A DNA stretch of 64,000 nt from Candidatus Woesearchaeota archaeon (lineage in GTDB: Archaea > Nanobdellota > Nanobdellia > Woesearchaeales > DSVV01): assembly GCA_018661705.1 (NCBI GenBank), contig JABJHR010000015.1, positions 3,525 to 67,524 of the forward strand, written 5' to 3'. The position numbers and the translations under genes were made by a program. Of the stretch, positions 40,024 to 48,256 are shown piece by piece. The notes beneath the pieces are model-generated. The model saw only the letters and a list, made by a program, of their open reading frames with translations, was not told the DNA's origin and made no database searches. Position 1 is the first letter of the stretch. Each line of letters starts with the position of its first letter.

Positions 40024-40611
40024 ATGGCATTTATTAATATGACACAGAATAAAAGAACAATTAATAAAATAGTATTCTTTTTTACATTAGTATTTTTAAT
40101 CAGTATTTTATCAAATATTGTTGTTGCAGATAAATTTTATATCTTTGAAAAAACTAATGAATTAATCCAAGTAGATGGTCATAAGATAATTTTGGTTGAT
40201 GCTACAACAGAAAGTGAATGTATCTTTACAATTGATGGTGAAGGATTTGTTATTGCTAAAGATCATGAAGATGGAACTAATGAAGTTGATATCTTTGTTA
40301 AAGAAGCAATTCCAATAAGAACAAAAGGAGAAAATTCAGTATATTGTTCTGCTCTAATTGATGTTAAAATTCCAAGGAAAGTTCAGGAAGTGGAAACTGT
40401 TGATGAAACAGATAATTCTGATGATCAAACTGCAGTACAAGACCTTGATGAAAATGTAGTAGAATCTGCAGATACAACTGATGTAACCGATACAACAGAT
40501 GATGCTGTCGAAGACTCAACAGAAGATACAACAAAAAAAGAAGCTAAAAAAGGGTGGTTTACTAGATTAATTAATTCAATTACAAACTGGCTTGATAGCT
40601 TGGTGAATTAA
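40024..40611 (+). CDS. Membrane-anchored protein with acidic D/T/E-rich C-terminal tail
   Basis: ATG 1 nt after the herA stop. A TM (IVFFFTLVFLISILSNIVVA), a beta-rich middle segment and a D/T-rich tail. The ORF track extends the start to 39985, inside herA. Confidence 0.4.
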   Translation: MAFINMTQNKRTINKIVFFFTLVFLISILSNIVVADKFYIFEKTNELIQVDGHKIILVDATTESECIFTIDGEGFVIAKDHEDGTNEVDIFVKEAIPIRTKGENSVYCSALIDVKIPRKVQEVETVDETDNSDDQTAVQDLDENVVESADTTDVTDTTDDAVEDSTEDTTKKEAKKGWFTRLINSITNWLDSLVN

Positions 40612-40614
40612 TAA

Positions 40615-41865
40615 ATGAAGTTTGCACACTTAGCAGATGCACATATTGGAAGTTGGAGAGACCCTAAGTTAAGTGATGCAAGTTTAATTGCATTTCTTAA
40701 AGCAATGGATCTTTGTGTAAGTAAGGCTGTAGATTTTATTTTAATTAGTGGGGATTTGTTTAATACTTCATTGCCTTCTATTGATCGTTTAAAAGAGGTT
40801 GTTAAGAAATTAAAACAAGTTAAAGAATCAAATATTGAGGTATATATCGTGCCAGGGAGCCATGATTTCTCTCCAAGTGGAAAAACCATGTTGGATGTTC
40901 TTGAATATGCGGGATTGGTTAAAAACGTTGTTAAAGGAGAAGTAAGAGATGATAAACTTTACTTGAAATTTACAACTGATCAAAAAACAGGTGTAAAGAT
41001 TACAGGCATGCTAGGTAAAAGGGGCATGCTGGAAAAAAGTTTTTATGAAACTCTAGATCTAGAATCACTTGAACAAAAACAAGGATTTAAAATTTTTATG
41101 TTTCATACTGCTTTAACAGAACTTAAACCTAAAGACTTAGCGGAAATGGACTCTGCACCATTATCATTTTTACCCAAAGGTTTTGATTACTATGCGGGTG
41201 GCCATATACATCAGGTTATTGAAAAACGTGAAACTGATTATGGATTAATCACTTACCCTGGGGCATTGTTTCCTAATTCATTCAAAGAAATAGAGCAATT
41301 TAATCCAGGTGGTTTTTATATTTATGAAGAAGGGAAGGTTGAATATTGTCCTGTTCCTGTATTTGATGTTGTTTCTATTAATTTAAATTGTAATCAAAAA
41401 TCTCCCCAAGAAATTAGAACAATGATTTTACAGGAGATAAACAGATTATTGCCAGATGATAATACAAATGTAAAAGATTATTCAAAAACAATTGTTACTC
41501 TTAGATTGCACGGAGTGTTAAGTGAAGGCAAGGTAACAAATATTGGATTTAGTGATGTATTTGAAAGAATATATGAAAAAGGAGTTTATTTTATTATGAA
41601 GAATACATTGAGATTAACAACAAAGGATTTTGAAGAAATAATGATCGCAGCTGATAAGAGTCATGATTTTGAAAGTAGTTTAATTAAGGAGCATTTGGGA
41701 AAAGCAAAACTTGAATTAAACTTAGAAAAAAAGTATAAATTTGATGATCCTGAATTTTTAAAAGAATTTATGATGGTATTAGATATTGAAAAACAAGAAG
41801 GGGAAAGAAATATTGATTTTGAACAACGTTTAGAAAATAATTTTGATAAGTTCTTAGAAATTTGA
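40615..41865 (+). CDS. mre11: Mre11/SbcD-like calcineurin-fold nuclease
   Basis: Phosphoesterase motifs I (HLADAHIG), II (GDLFN), III (GSHD) and V (GGHIH) in Mre11 order. No rad50 or nurA follows. Confidence 0.65.
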   Translation: MKFAHLADAHIGSWRDPKLSDASLIAFLKAMDLCVSKAVDFILISGDLFNTSLPSIDRLKEVVKKLKQVKESNIEVYIVPGSHDFSPSGKTMLDVLEYAGLVKNVVKGEVRDDKLYLKFTTDQKTGVKITGMLGKRGMLEKSFYETLDLESLEQKQGFKIFMFHTALTELKPKDLAEMDSAPLSFLPKGFDYYAGGHIHQVIEKRETDYGLITYPGALFPNSFKEIEQFNPGGFYIYEEGKVEYCPVPVFDVVSINLNCNQKSPQEIRTMILQEINRLLPDDNTNVKDYSKTIVTLRLHGVLSEGKVTNIGFSDVFERIYEKGVYFIMKNTLRLTTKDFEEIMIAADKSHDFESSLIKEHLGKAKLELNLEKKYKFDDPEFLKEFMMVLDIEKQEGERNIDFEQRLENNFDKFLEI

Positions 41866-41899
41866 TACTAAAATAAAAAGTAAGAAAAAAATAAAAAAG

Positions 41900-43459
41900 T
41901 TATACCTCTGCTGTTTCTAGTGGCTCTTCTATTGCTGGTGTTGTTTCTCCAGATACTTCTTCTAATAATTCGTCAATTACTTTTCTAAACTCTGTATCTT
42001 CTGCTACTAAATCACCTTCTACTTCATAGCCATTTCCAAGTCTATGGTATCTGCAACCAAAAACAAAACTAGGGACACCACCATAAGAATTGAATTTACT
42101 AAAGATTGCTTCATGTTCTTGAGGAATTGTTTTTTCTATTTCTTCTGTTATTGTGTTATCTTTTGTATCAAATTCCCAATGATAAGCTTCAATCTTTCCT
42201 TGTTCTACATATTCTTTAACAACACCATCGTATGTTGCCTTAATCCATTTACAGTGTGGGCAAGTTGTAGTTGAAAACATAAATACTAATGGTTTTCCAT
42301 CTTCAGACAAACAAAGATCTCCTTCTGCAATTGAAAATGTTCCAATTCCTTTCTCAGCAAGTTCTGTGTTTTCTTCTACGTTATCAATGGAGTTAACATA
42401 TACAACTTTTGCTTTTGTTTTTAGATCTTCAATATATGTTCCAACTTCTGTTTGTAAGGCTGTATTTGTGACTGATTCAATTATATCATTTTTTAAGTCT
42501 TCTAATGTTGATTTTTTCTCTGCTACTTTAATTACATGGTAACCAAAGCTAGTTTTTACTGCTTCAGAAACTTCATCAACATTAAGATCAAATGCAGTAT
42601 TTTCAAATTCAGGAACCATCATACCTCTGCCGAACCATCCTAAATCTCCGCCCATTGGAGCAGAAGGCCCATCAGAATATTCTTTTGCTAATTCTGCAAA
42701 ATCATCTCCTGCTTTTGCTTTTCCAATAACTTCTTCAATTATTGTTAAAGCTTCTTCTTCTGTTCTTTCTTTTTCACAGGTATCGATGCCTTCATAACAA
42801 ACTAAAATATGTGATGCTTTTACAGAAGTTAATGTGTCTTTATTTGCATCGTAATATGCTTTAATTTCTTCTTCTGTTGGTTCTTGTCCACCAAGTTCAG
42901 ATTCAATTAATTTGTTAAGTAGTAATTGTTCTCTATAATTTGCAACTAATTCATCATAAGTTAAGCCTTCTTCTGCTAATCTTACTTTAAATTCTTCTTC
43001 AGTAATGCCCATTTGCAAATATAATTCTTCTATTTTTGCTACAACTTCTGAACTACTAACTTCTAATTCTAATTCTGTTGCTTTTTGTACTAATAATTCT
43101 TTAACAATCATTTGTTCAAGAATATTTTCTTTAAATTCAGTTGTTTCTGCAGCTTGTTTATAATATTCTGGTAGTTTTGCTATTTCTGCATTTAAATCAT
43201 CAACTGTTATTTCCTTTCCATCAACTGTTACAAGGAGATTAGCATCAACTTGGTCTGGCTTTGGTAAAAGTTTGCCCATGTTTACTATGAAAATACCAAT
43301 TGCAATTATTGCAACAACAGAAAGAACAATTGTCCAAATGTTTGATTTTTCATCTTTTTCTTTAGAAGAAACATGATGTTGGTGAGTTTTTGTTTTGTGC
43401 GTGTGCTGTGTTTTGTGGTTTTCTACTTTTTTATTATTTTTTTCTGTCAAGAATATCAT
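41900..43459 (-). CDS. Membrane-anchored parvulin-type peptidyl-prolyl isomerase fused to a C-terminal thioredoxin-like domain
   Basis: An N-terminal TM and a SurA-like helical region. A parvulin domain (KASHILV...GGDLGWF...GYHVIKV) is followed by a thioredoxin-like domain with a CPHC motif. Confidence 0.6.
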   Translation of the reverse strand: MIFLTEKNNKKVENHKTQHTHKTKTHQHHVSSKEKDEKSNIWTIVLSVVAIIAIGIFIVNMGKLLPKPDQVDANLLVTVDGKEITVDDLNAEIAKLPEYYKQAAETTEFKENILEQMIVKELLVQKATELELEVSSSEVVAKIEELYLQMGITEEEFKVRLAEEGLTYDELVANYREQLLLNKLIESELGGQEPTEEEIKAYYDANKDTLTSVKASHILVCYEGIDTCEKERTEEEALTIIEEVIGKAKAGDDFAELAKEYSDGPSAPMGGDLGWFGRGMMVPEFENTAFDLNVDEVSEAVKTSFGYHVIKVAEKKSTLEDLKNDIIESVTNTALQTEVGTYIEDLKTKAKVVYVNSIDNVEENTELAEKGIGTFSIAEGDLCLSEDGKPLVFMFSTTTCPHCKWIKATYDGVVKEYVEQGKIEAYHWEFDTKDNTITEEIEKTIPQEHEAIFSKFNSYGGVPSFVFGCRYHRLGNGYEVEGDLVAEDTEFRKVIDELLEEVSGETTPAIEEPLETAEV

Positions 43460-43737
43460 CCTCCGTTTTTTGTTGTTTTTTATTTTATGTTAATTTTAAA
43501 TTGTACTTTGTGTGTACTTGATTAGCGGGACATTCTTCATTAATATATTTTGTGTATCTTTTAATAATTTAATACCTTTAATTCTCTCTAATTCTTAGTC
43601 ATAAAAATCGAAAGATTTAAAAACAAATAGACTAAACTTGGTCTAACTTAAGAAGGTGTATGCGTGTAAATGCATTCAAAGGGATGCGTACTTGTTTATG
43701 CAACATAATACCAAATAATGTGGGTTGACAATTATGG

Positions 43738-44088
43738 ATGAGGAAAATCAAGATGACGATGGGGCATCACATCATTGCAAGCCTAAGGGGATGCTCTATA
43801 AATTTAATAAATAATACTTCTAGATTAAACTCTCTTCTAAACCAAGTTGTTATTGAAGCAAATTTTCATAAAGTTGGAGAAATTTCTACAATTATTAAAG
43901 AAGATACATTATCATCTTTTGTTTTGTTATCTGAATCTCACATTAGTATATATTCAAACCCAGAAAATGGCCATGTTGAATTGGATGTTTTTTGCTGCAG
44001 TGGCGAAGATTCTGCAAGATTAGCCATAAATTCATTAATCAAGCATTTAAACCCAGAATCTCATCAGGTTAAGGAGATACCAAGGTAA
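43738..44088 (+). CDS. Pyruvoyl-dependent decarboxylase proenzyme, SpeH family (AdoMetDC or derived arginine decarboxylase), paralog 1
   Basis: The self-cleavage motif LSESHISIY and an FCCSGE motif match the small archaeal/bacterial SpeH family. Confidence 0.7.
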   Translation: MRKIKMTMGHHIIASLRGCSINLINNTSRLNSLLNQVVIEANFHKVGEISTIIKEDTLSSFVLLSESHISIYSNPENGHVELDVFCCSGEDSARLAINSLIKHLNPESHQVKEIPR

Positions 44089-44162
44089 GCGACACTTAAT
44101 GGTTGTTAAAATTCAATTAAAAATGGCAATATTTATAAAAGATAAATGGAGTTTTTATTAAA

Positions 44163-44504
44163 ATGACGGGGACAATGGGTGTGCATCTACTGGCAAATAT
44201 TTTTGGTTGTCCAGTTGAGGTTTTAAATTATGAAGCAGATGTGGCTAGGCTTCTTAATGAAGTTGTTGTTGATGCTAAATTAACTAAAGTTAGTGAAAGT
44301 CATTTTCAATTTGATCCTGTCGGTGTTACTTCAGTTATTTTATTAGCAGAGTCTCATATTAGCATTCATACTTGGCCAGAGCACGGAAGTGCTGCCGTTG
44401 ATATTTTCTGTTGTAGCGGTGAAGAAGCTGCAAATCGTGCATTTAAGGCTTTGCTTGAACGGTTTAAACCCGAAAAACATGATTGTCAGATTATCAAGAG
44501 ATGA
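44163..44504 (+). CDS. speH: S-adenosylmethionine decarboxylase proenzyme (SpeH family), paralog 2
   Basis: LAESHISIHTWPE and FCCSGE motifs, colinear with the upstream paralog. Confidence 0.8.
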   Translation: MTGTMGVHLLANIFGCPVEVLNYEADVARLLNEVVVDAKLTKVSESHFQFDPVGVTSVILLAESHISIHTWPEHGSAAVDIFCCSGEEAANRAFKALLERFKPEKHDCQIIKR

Positions 44505-44858
44505 CCTATAGTTTGAAGTTAGTAGTCTTAAGTTAATGGTTCTAAATTAGTGGTTTTAAGTTCGGAATTCTCTGTTGGGTTTTACATTCTCCAGTGATTA
44601 CCATTCAAAAACTATATGTTGCATAACAAAAATATTTATATATCAGAAGAAATTAAAATTATCAGGCATCTTGTGGTGGCTTACTTCTCACTACACAATA
44701 TGTTGTGTTTGTTGTTTTGTGTTATGACAATTGTGAAGTTTGCCAAGTCGAGTAATTAAAACTCATGATGATGTAATTTTTTAAATTTGAATTATCCAAA
44801 ATTAAAAAATTTGAAGAGATGTCAAGAACCACCATATTATTGTATGATGGAATTTTAA

Positions 44859-47333
44859 ATGTTTAAAAAGGGTGTTAACATGGAAGGAACTGTTGGAGAA
44901 ATATTACATATTAAAAAAAGAGACGGAGATTTAATGAATTTTGATCTTTCAAAGATTGCTGCTGCTATTTTTAGGGCAGCTAAAGAAGTTGGCGGTACAG
45001 ATCCAACGTTAGCAGATGAACTTGCAAAGGAAGTTTATTCTCATCTTAAAACAAAGGGGTTTCCAAATAATGCTCCTACAGTAGAAGAAATTCAGGATTC
45101 TATAGAAAAAGTTTTAATTGAAAAAGGGCATGCTCAAACTGCAAAAGCATTTATTCTTTATAGAGTTAAAAGGAAAAAACTTAGAGACGCAAAAACAGCA
45201 ATTGGTGTTAAAGATGATATCAAAATGACACTAAATGCCGTAAAAGTTCTAGAACGAAGATATTTACTTAAGGATAAGGATGGTAGAGTTATTGAAACTT
45301 GTGGTCAAATGTTTAGAAGGGTTGCTAGTTTTATTGCAGAAGCTGATAGAAATTATGGAGCGTCAGAAGAAAATGTAAAAGCTTGTGAAGGAGAATTTTA
45401 TGATTTAATGACAAAACTTGAGTTTTTACCAAATAGTCCTACATTTACTGGTGCAAATACTAAAGTTGGGCAATTAAGCGCTTGTTTTGTATTACCTATT
45501 GGGGATTCAATGGAAGAAATCTTTGAAGCAATTAAACAAACTGCATTAATTCACAAAAGTGGTGGTGGTACAGGATTTAGTTTTTCTCGTCTAAGACCTC
45601 ATAATGATCGTGTTTTATCTACAAAAGGGGTGGCATCTGGTCCTGTATCTTTTATGGCTGTGTTTGATGCTGCAACAGAAACAGTAAAACAAGGTGGTAC
45701 AAGAAGAGGAGCAAACATGGGGATCTTGAGAATTGATCATCCAGACATAATGGATTTTATTACAGCAAAAGAAAAAACAAATAGATTAAACAATTTTAAT
45801 ATTTCTATTGCCATTACAGATAAATTCATGGATGCTTTAGAAAAAGATGAAGAATATGAGTTGTTAAGTCCTAGAGATCAAACTGTGATAGATAAACTTA
45901 AAGCAAAAAATGTGTTTGAATTAATTGTAACTAAGGCTTGGGAAAATGGAGAACCAGGGATTATTTTTATTGATAAAATAAACAAATATAATCCTACTCC
46001 AGAAGTTGCTGAGATTGAAAGTACAAATCCTTGTGGAGAACAACCATTATTGCCTTTTGAGTCTTGTAATTTAGGTTCTATTAACCTTTCTACTACTCTT
46101 AAAGAAGAGAATGGAGAAACAAAAGTAGATTATGATAAACTTAAAAGAATTATTTATTCTGCAGTACATTTTCTTGATAATGTAATTGATATGAATAAAT
46201 TTCCTTTACTTCAAATTGAAGAAATGACTAGAGCTAATAGAAAAATAGGTCTTGGTGTTATGGGATTTGCTAACATGTTGTTAAGGTTGGGTGTTCGTTA
46301 TAATTCTGATGAAGGAATTAAAATTGCAGAAGAAGTTATGGGATTTGTTGATAGAGAATCAAAAAAAGCATCTCAGGAATTAGCTAAGAAAAGAGGGCCT
46401 TTCCCAAATTATAGTAAAAGTATTTACAAAGATGGGGAATTAATGAGAAATGCAACTACAACAACAATTGCTCCAACAGGGACATTAAGTATTCTTGCTA
46501 ATTGTTCTAGTGGTGTTGAACCATTATTTGCAATTTCTTACATTAGAAATATTATGGATAATACTGAACTTGTTGAAACAAACCCGGTGTTTTTAGATGT
46601 TGCAAAGAAAGAAGGTTTTTATTCTGAAGAATTACTAAAAAAAGTGGCAATGCAAGGTAGTATTCAAAATATGGAAGAAATTCCTGAAGAAATTAGAAAG
46701 CCGTTTGTAATTTCACACGACATTTCACCTGTTTGGCACACTAGGATGCAAGCTGCTTTCCAAAAGCATGTTGATAATGCAGTTTCAAAAACAGTTAATT
46801 TCCCAAATTCTGCAACAATTGAAGAAGTAAGAGAAGTTTATTTATTAGCTTACAAACTTGGTTGTAAAGGAGTAACTGTTTATAGGGATGGTAGTAGAGA
46901 TGAACAAGTTTTGAATATTGGTGTTGTTAATAAAGGAGATAAATCTAACCCTGTTGTTAAAGAAATAACTCCGGAAGTTATTCCAACTATAATACAAGAA
47001 ACAACAAATGATACTAGTGAAGTTAAAGAAGCAACAATTGATCCGACAGTTTCAAATGATCCTAACATTGTTGCAAATCTTCAAGCACAATCAACAGGAA
47101 ATGTCATTGATTCAAACATAACAGATTCAAATGTAATTCCTCCAACTGTAAATGTTTCAAACATAACAGCTAGTTCGGTAGCGGTTGATGCAACTAAAGA
47201 AGCTATTCTTAAGGCACAAGAAGCATTGCCAGACAAGAAAAAAATATACTGTCCAGAATGCAATGAAAAACTTACACAACAAGAAGGGTGTGTGATTTGT
47301 CCTAATTGTAGTTTTTCAGCCTGTCATATGTGA
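44859..47333 (+). CDS. nrdJ: Class II (adenosylcobalamin-dependent) ribonucleotide reductase NrdJ, with C-terminal low-complexity linker and zinc ribbon
   Basis: ATP cone (KRDGDLMNFDLSKI), catalytic-site Cys/Asn/Glu region (NPCGEQPLLPFESCNLGSINL), and C-terminal CPECN...CVICPNC. The probable true start is Met8 (44880). Confidence 0.85.
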   Translation: MFKKGVNMEGTVGEILHIKKRDGDLMNFDLSKIAAAIFRAAKEVGGTDPTLADELAKEVYSHLKTKGFPNNAPTVEEIQDSIEKVLIEKGHAQTAKAFILYRVKRKKLRDAKTAIGVKDDIKMTLNAVKVLERRYLLKDKDGRVIETCGQMFRRVASFIAEADRNYGASEENVKACEGEFYDLMTKLEFLPNSPTFTGANTKVGQLSACFVLPIGDSMEEIFEAIKQTALIHKSGGGTGFSFSRLRPHNDRVLSTKGVASGPVSFMAVFDAATETVKQGGTRRGANMGILRIDHPDIMDFITAKEKTNRLNNFNISIAITDKFMDALEKDEEYELLSPRDQTVIDKLKAKNVFELIVTKAWENGEPGIIFIDKINKYNPTPEVAEIESTNPCGEQPLLPFESCNLGSINLSTTLKEENGETKVDYDKLKRIIYSAVHFLDNVIDMNKFPLLQIEEMTRANRKIGLGVMGFANMLLRLGVRYNSDEGIKIAEEVMGFVDRESKKASQELAKKRGPFPNYSKSIYKDGELMRNATTTTIAPTGTLSILANCSSGVEPLFAISYIRNIMDNTELVETNPVFLDVAKKEGFYSEELLKKVAMQGSIQNMEEIPEEIRKPFVISHDISPVWHTRMQAAFQKHVDNAVSKTVNFPNSATIEEVREVYLLAYKLGCKGVTVYRDGSRDEQVLNIGVVNKGDKSNPVVKEITPEVIPTIIQETTNDTSEVKEATIDPTVSNDPNIVANLQAQSTGNVIDSNITDSNVIPPTVNVSNITASSVAVDATKEAILKAQEALPDKKKIYCPECNEKLTQQEGCVICPNCSFSACHM

Positions 47334-47343
47334 TTATAATAAG

Positions 47344-47416
47344 TTTGGAAGGTTATGGGTTTGGAAGGTTTGGAAGGATTTTATCTTCCTAACTTTCTAT
47401 ACTTTCCTAACCTTCA
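47344..47416. repeat. Family C repeat: a GGTTTGGAAGG tandem array opposed to an AACCTTC/CTTCCTAAC array, copy C1
   Basis: tttggaaggttatgggtttggaaggtttggaagga...tcttcctaactttctatactttcctaaccttc forms an imperfect hairpin built from roughly 10-bp units. Confidence 0.45.
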
Positions 47417-47432
47417 ATACATTTAAAAGAAA

Positions 47433-48077
47433 ATGGTACCAAGAAAATTTGGTTTTGTACATGTTTACACTGGTGATGGTAAAGGGAAAACTACTGCGGC
47501 TATGGGATTAGCATTGAGAGCAATTGGTCAAGGATTTAAGGTTTTTATTATCCAATTTCTTAAAGGTGGAGCGTATACTGGAGAATTTATCTCTATGAAG
47601 AATTTTCTCCCTAAAGAAAATAAAGAAATTGTACAATTTGGAGAAGGATGTGTTAAGGAACTTAAACAATTCAAATTACAAGGTTTTCAAAAAGGAGCAC
47701 GAAAAGAAAATTGTGAATATTTTGATTATATCAGAGAAGATATTGAATGTGGGAATTGTCGTGAATGTTTTTTAGATGATGAAAAACAAAAAAAATCATC
47801 GCGAGAAGCATTTGCTCTTGCAAGCGATATTCTTAGTAGTGAAAAATATGATCTTGTGGTATTAGATGAAATTAATAATGCAATAAGTCATAAATACATT
47901 TCAGTTAATGAAGTAATTGAATTAATTCAAAAAAAAGCACCGCGGATAGAATTGGTTTTAACTGGAAGGTGTGCACCACCAGAAATTATTCAGGTGGCAG
48001 ATTTAGTAACAGAAATGAAATGTATTAAACATTACTATGAAAATGGTGTGTTTGCAAGGAGAGGAATTGAATATTAA
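47433..48077 (+). CDS. cobO: Corrinoid adenosyltransferase (CobO/CobA-like)
   Basis: P-loop HVYTGDGKGKTTAA, conserved FIIQFLKGG and VLDEIN motifs, and a size of about 214 aa. Confidence 0.75.
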   Translation: MVPRKFGFVHVYTGDGKGKTTAAMGLALRAIGQGFKVFIIQFLKGGAYTGEFISMKNFLPKENKEIVQFGEGCVKELKQFKLQGFQKGARKENCEYFDYIREDIECGNCRECFLDDEKQKKSSREAFALASDILSSEKYDLVVLDEINNAISHKYISVNEVIELIQKKAPRIELVLTGRCAPPEIIQVADLVTEMKCIKHYYENGVFARRGIEY

Positions 48078-48256
48078 CAAAAATTTAAGGCAAAGTTAAG
48101 TCATCAACAATATTGCTTCGCTTCAATATGATAGACAACAAAGTATGTTAAAGCATTAAATTGTGAAAATGACAACTAATCGGTAAACACAATTAACTTA
48201 ACATTGCCAAAATTTAAAAATACTTAAGTATACCTTAAGTATATGGGGGACTTTAA

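Noticed and set aside
43600-43737. Direct ATGCGT repeats upstream of the first speH paralog as a regulatory element
   Set aside because: Only two short copies in a region of ordinary composition. They cannot be distinguished from chance without comparative data.
44505-44858. Possible cobalamin riboswitch in the long leader upstream of nrdJ
   Set aside because: No B12-box-like element (GCCACUG core) or conserved paired regions are recognisable. The leader is AT-rich simple sequence. Riboswitches are rare in archaea, and B12 riboswitches normally repress B12-independent isozymes.
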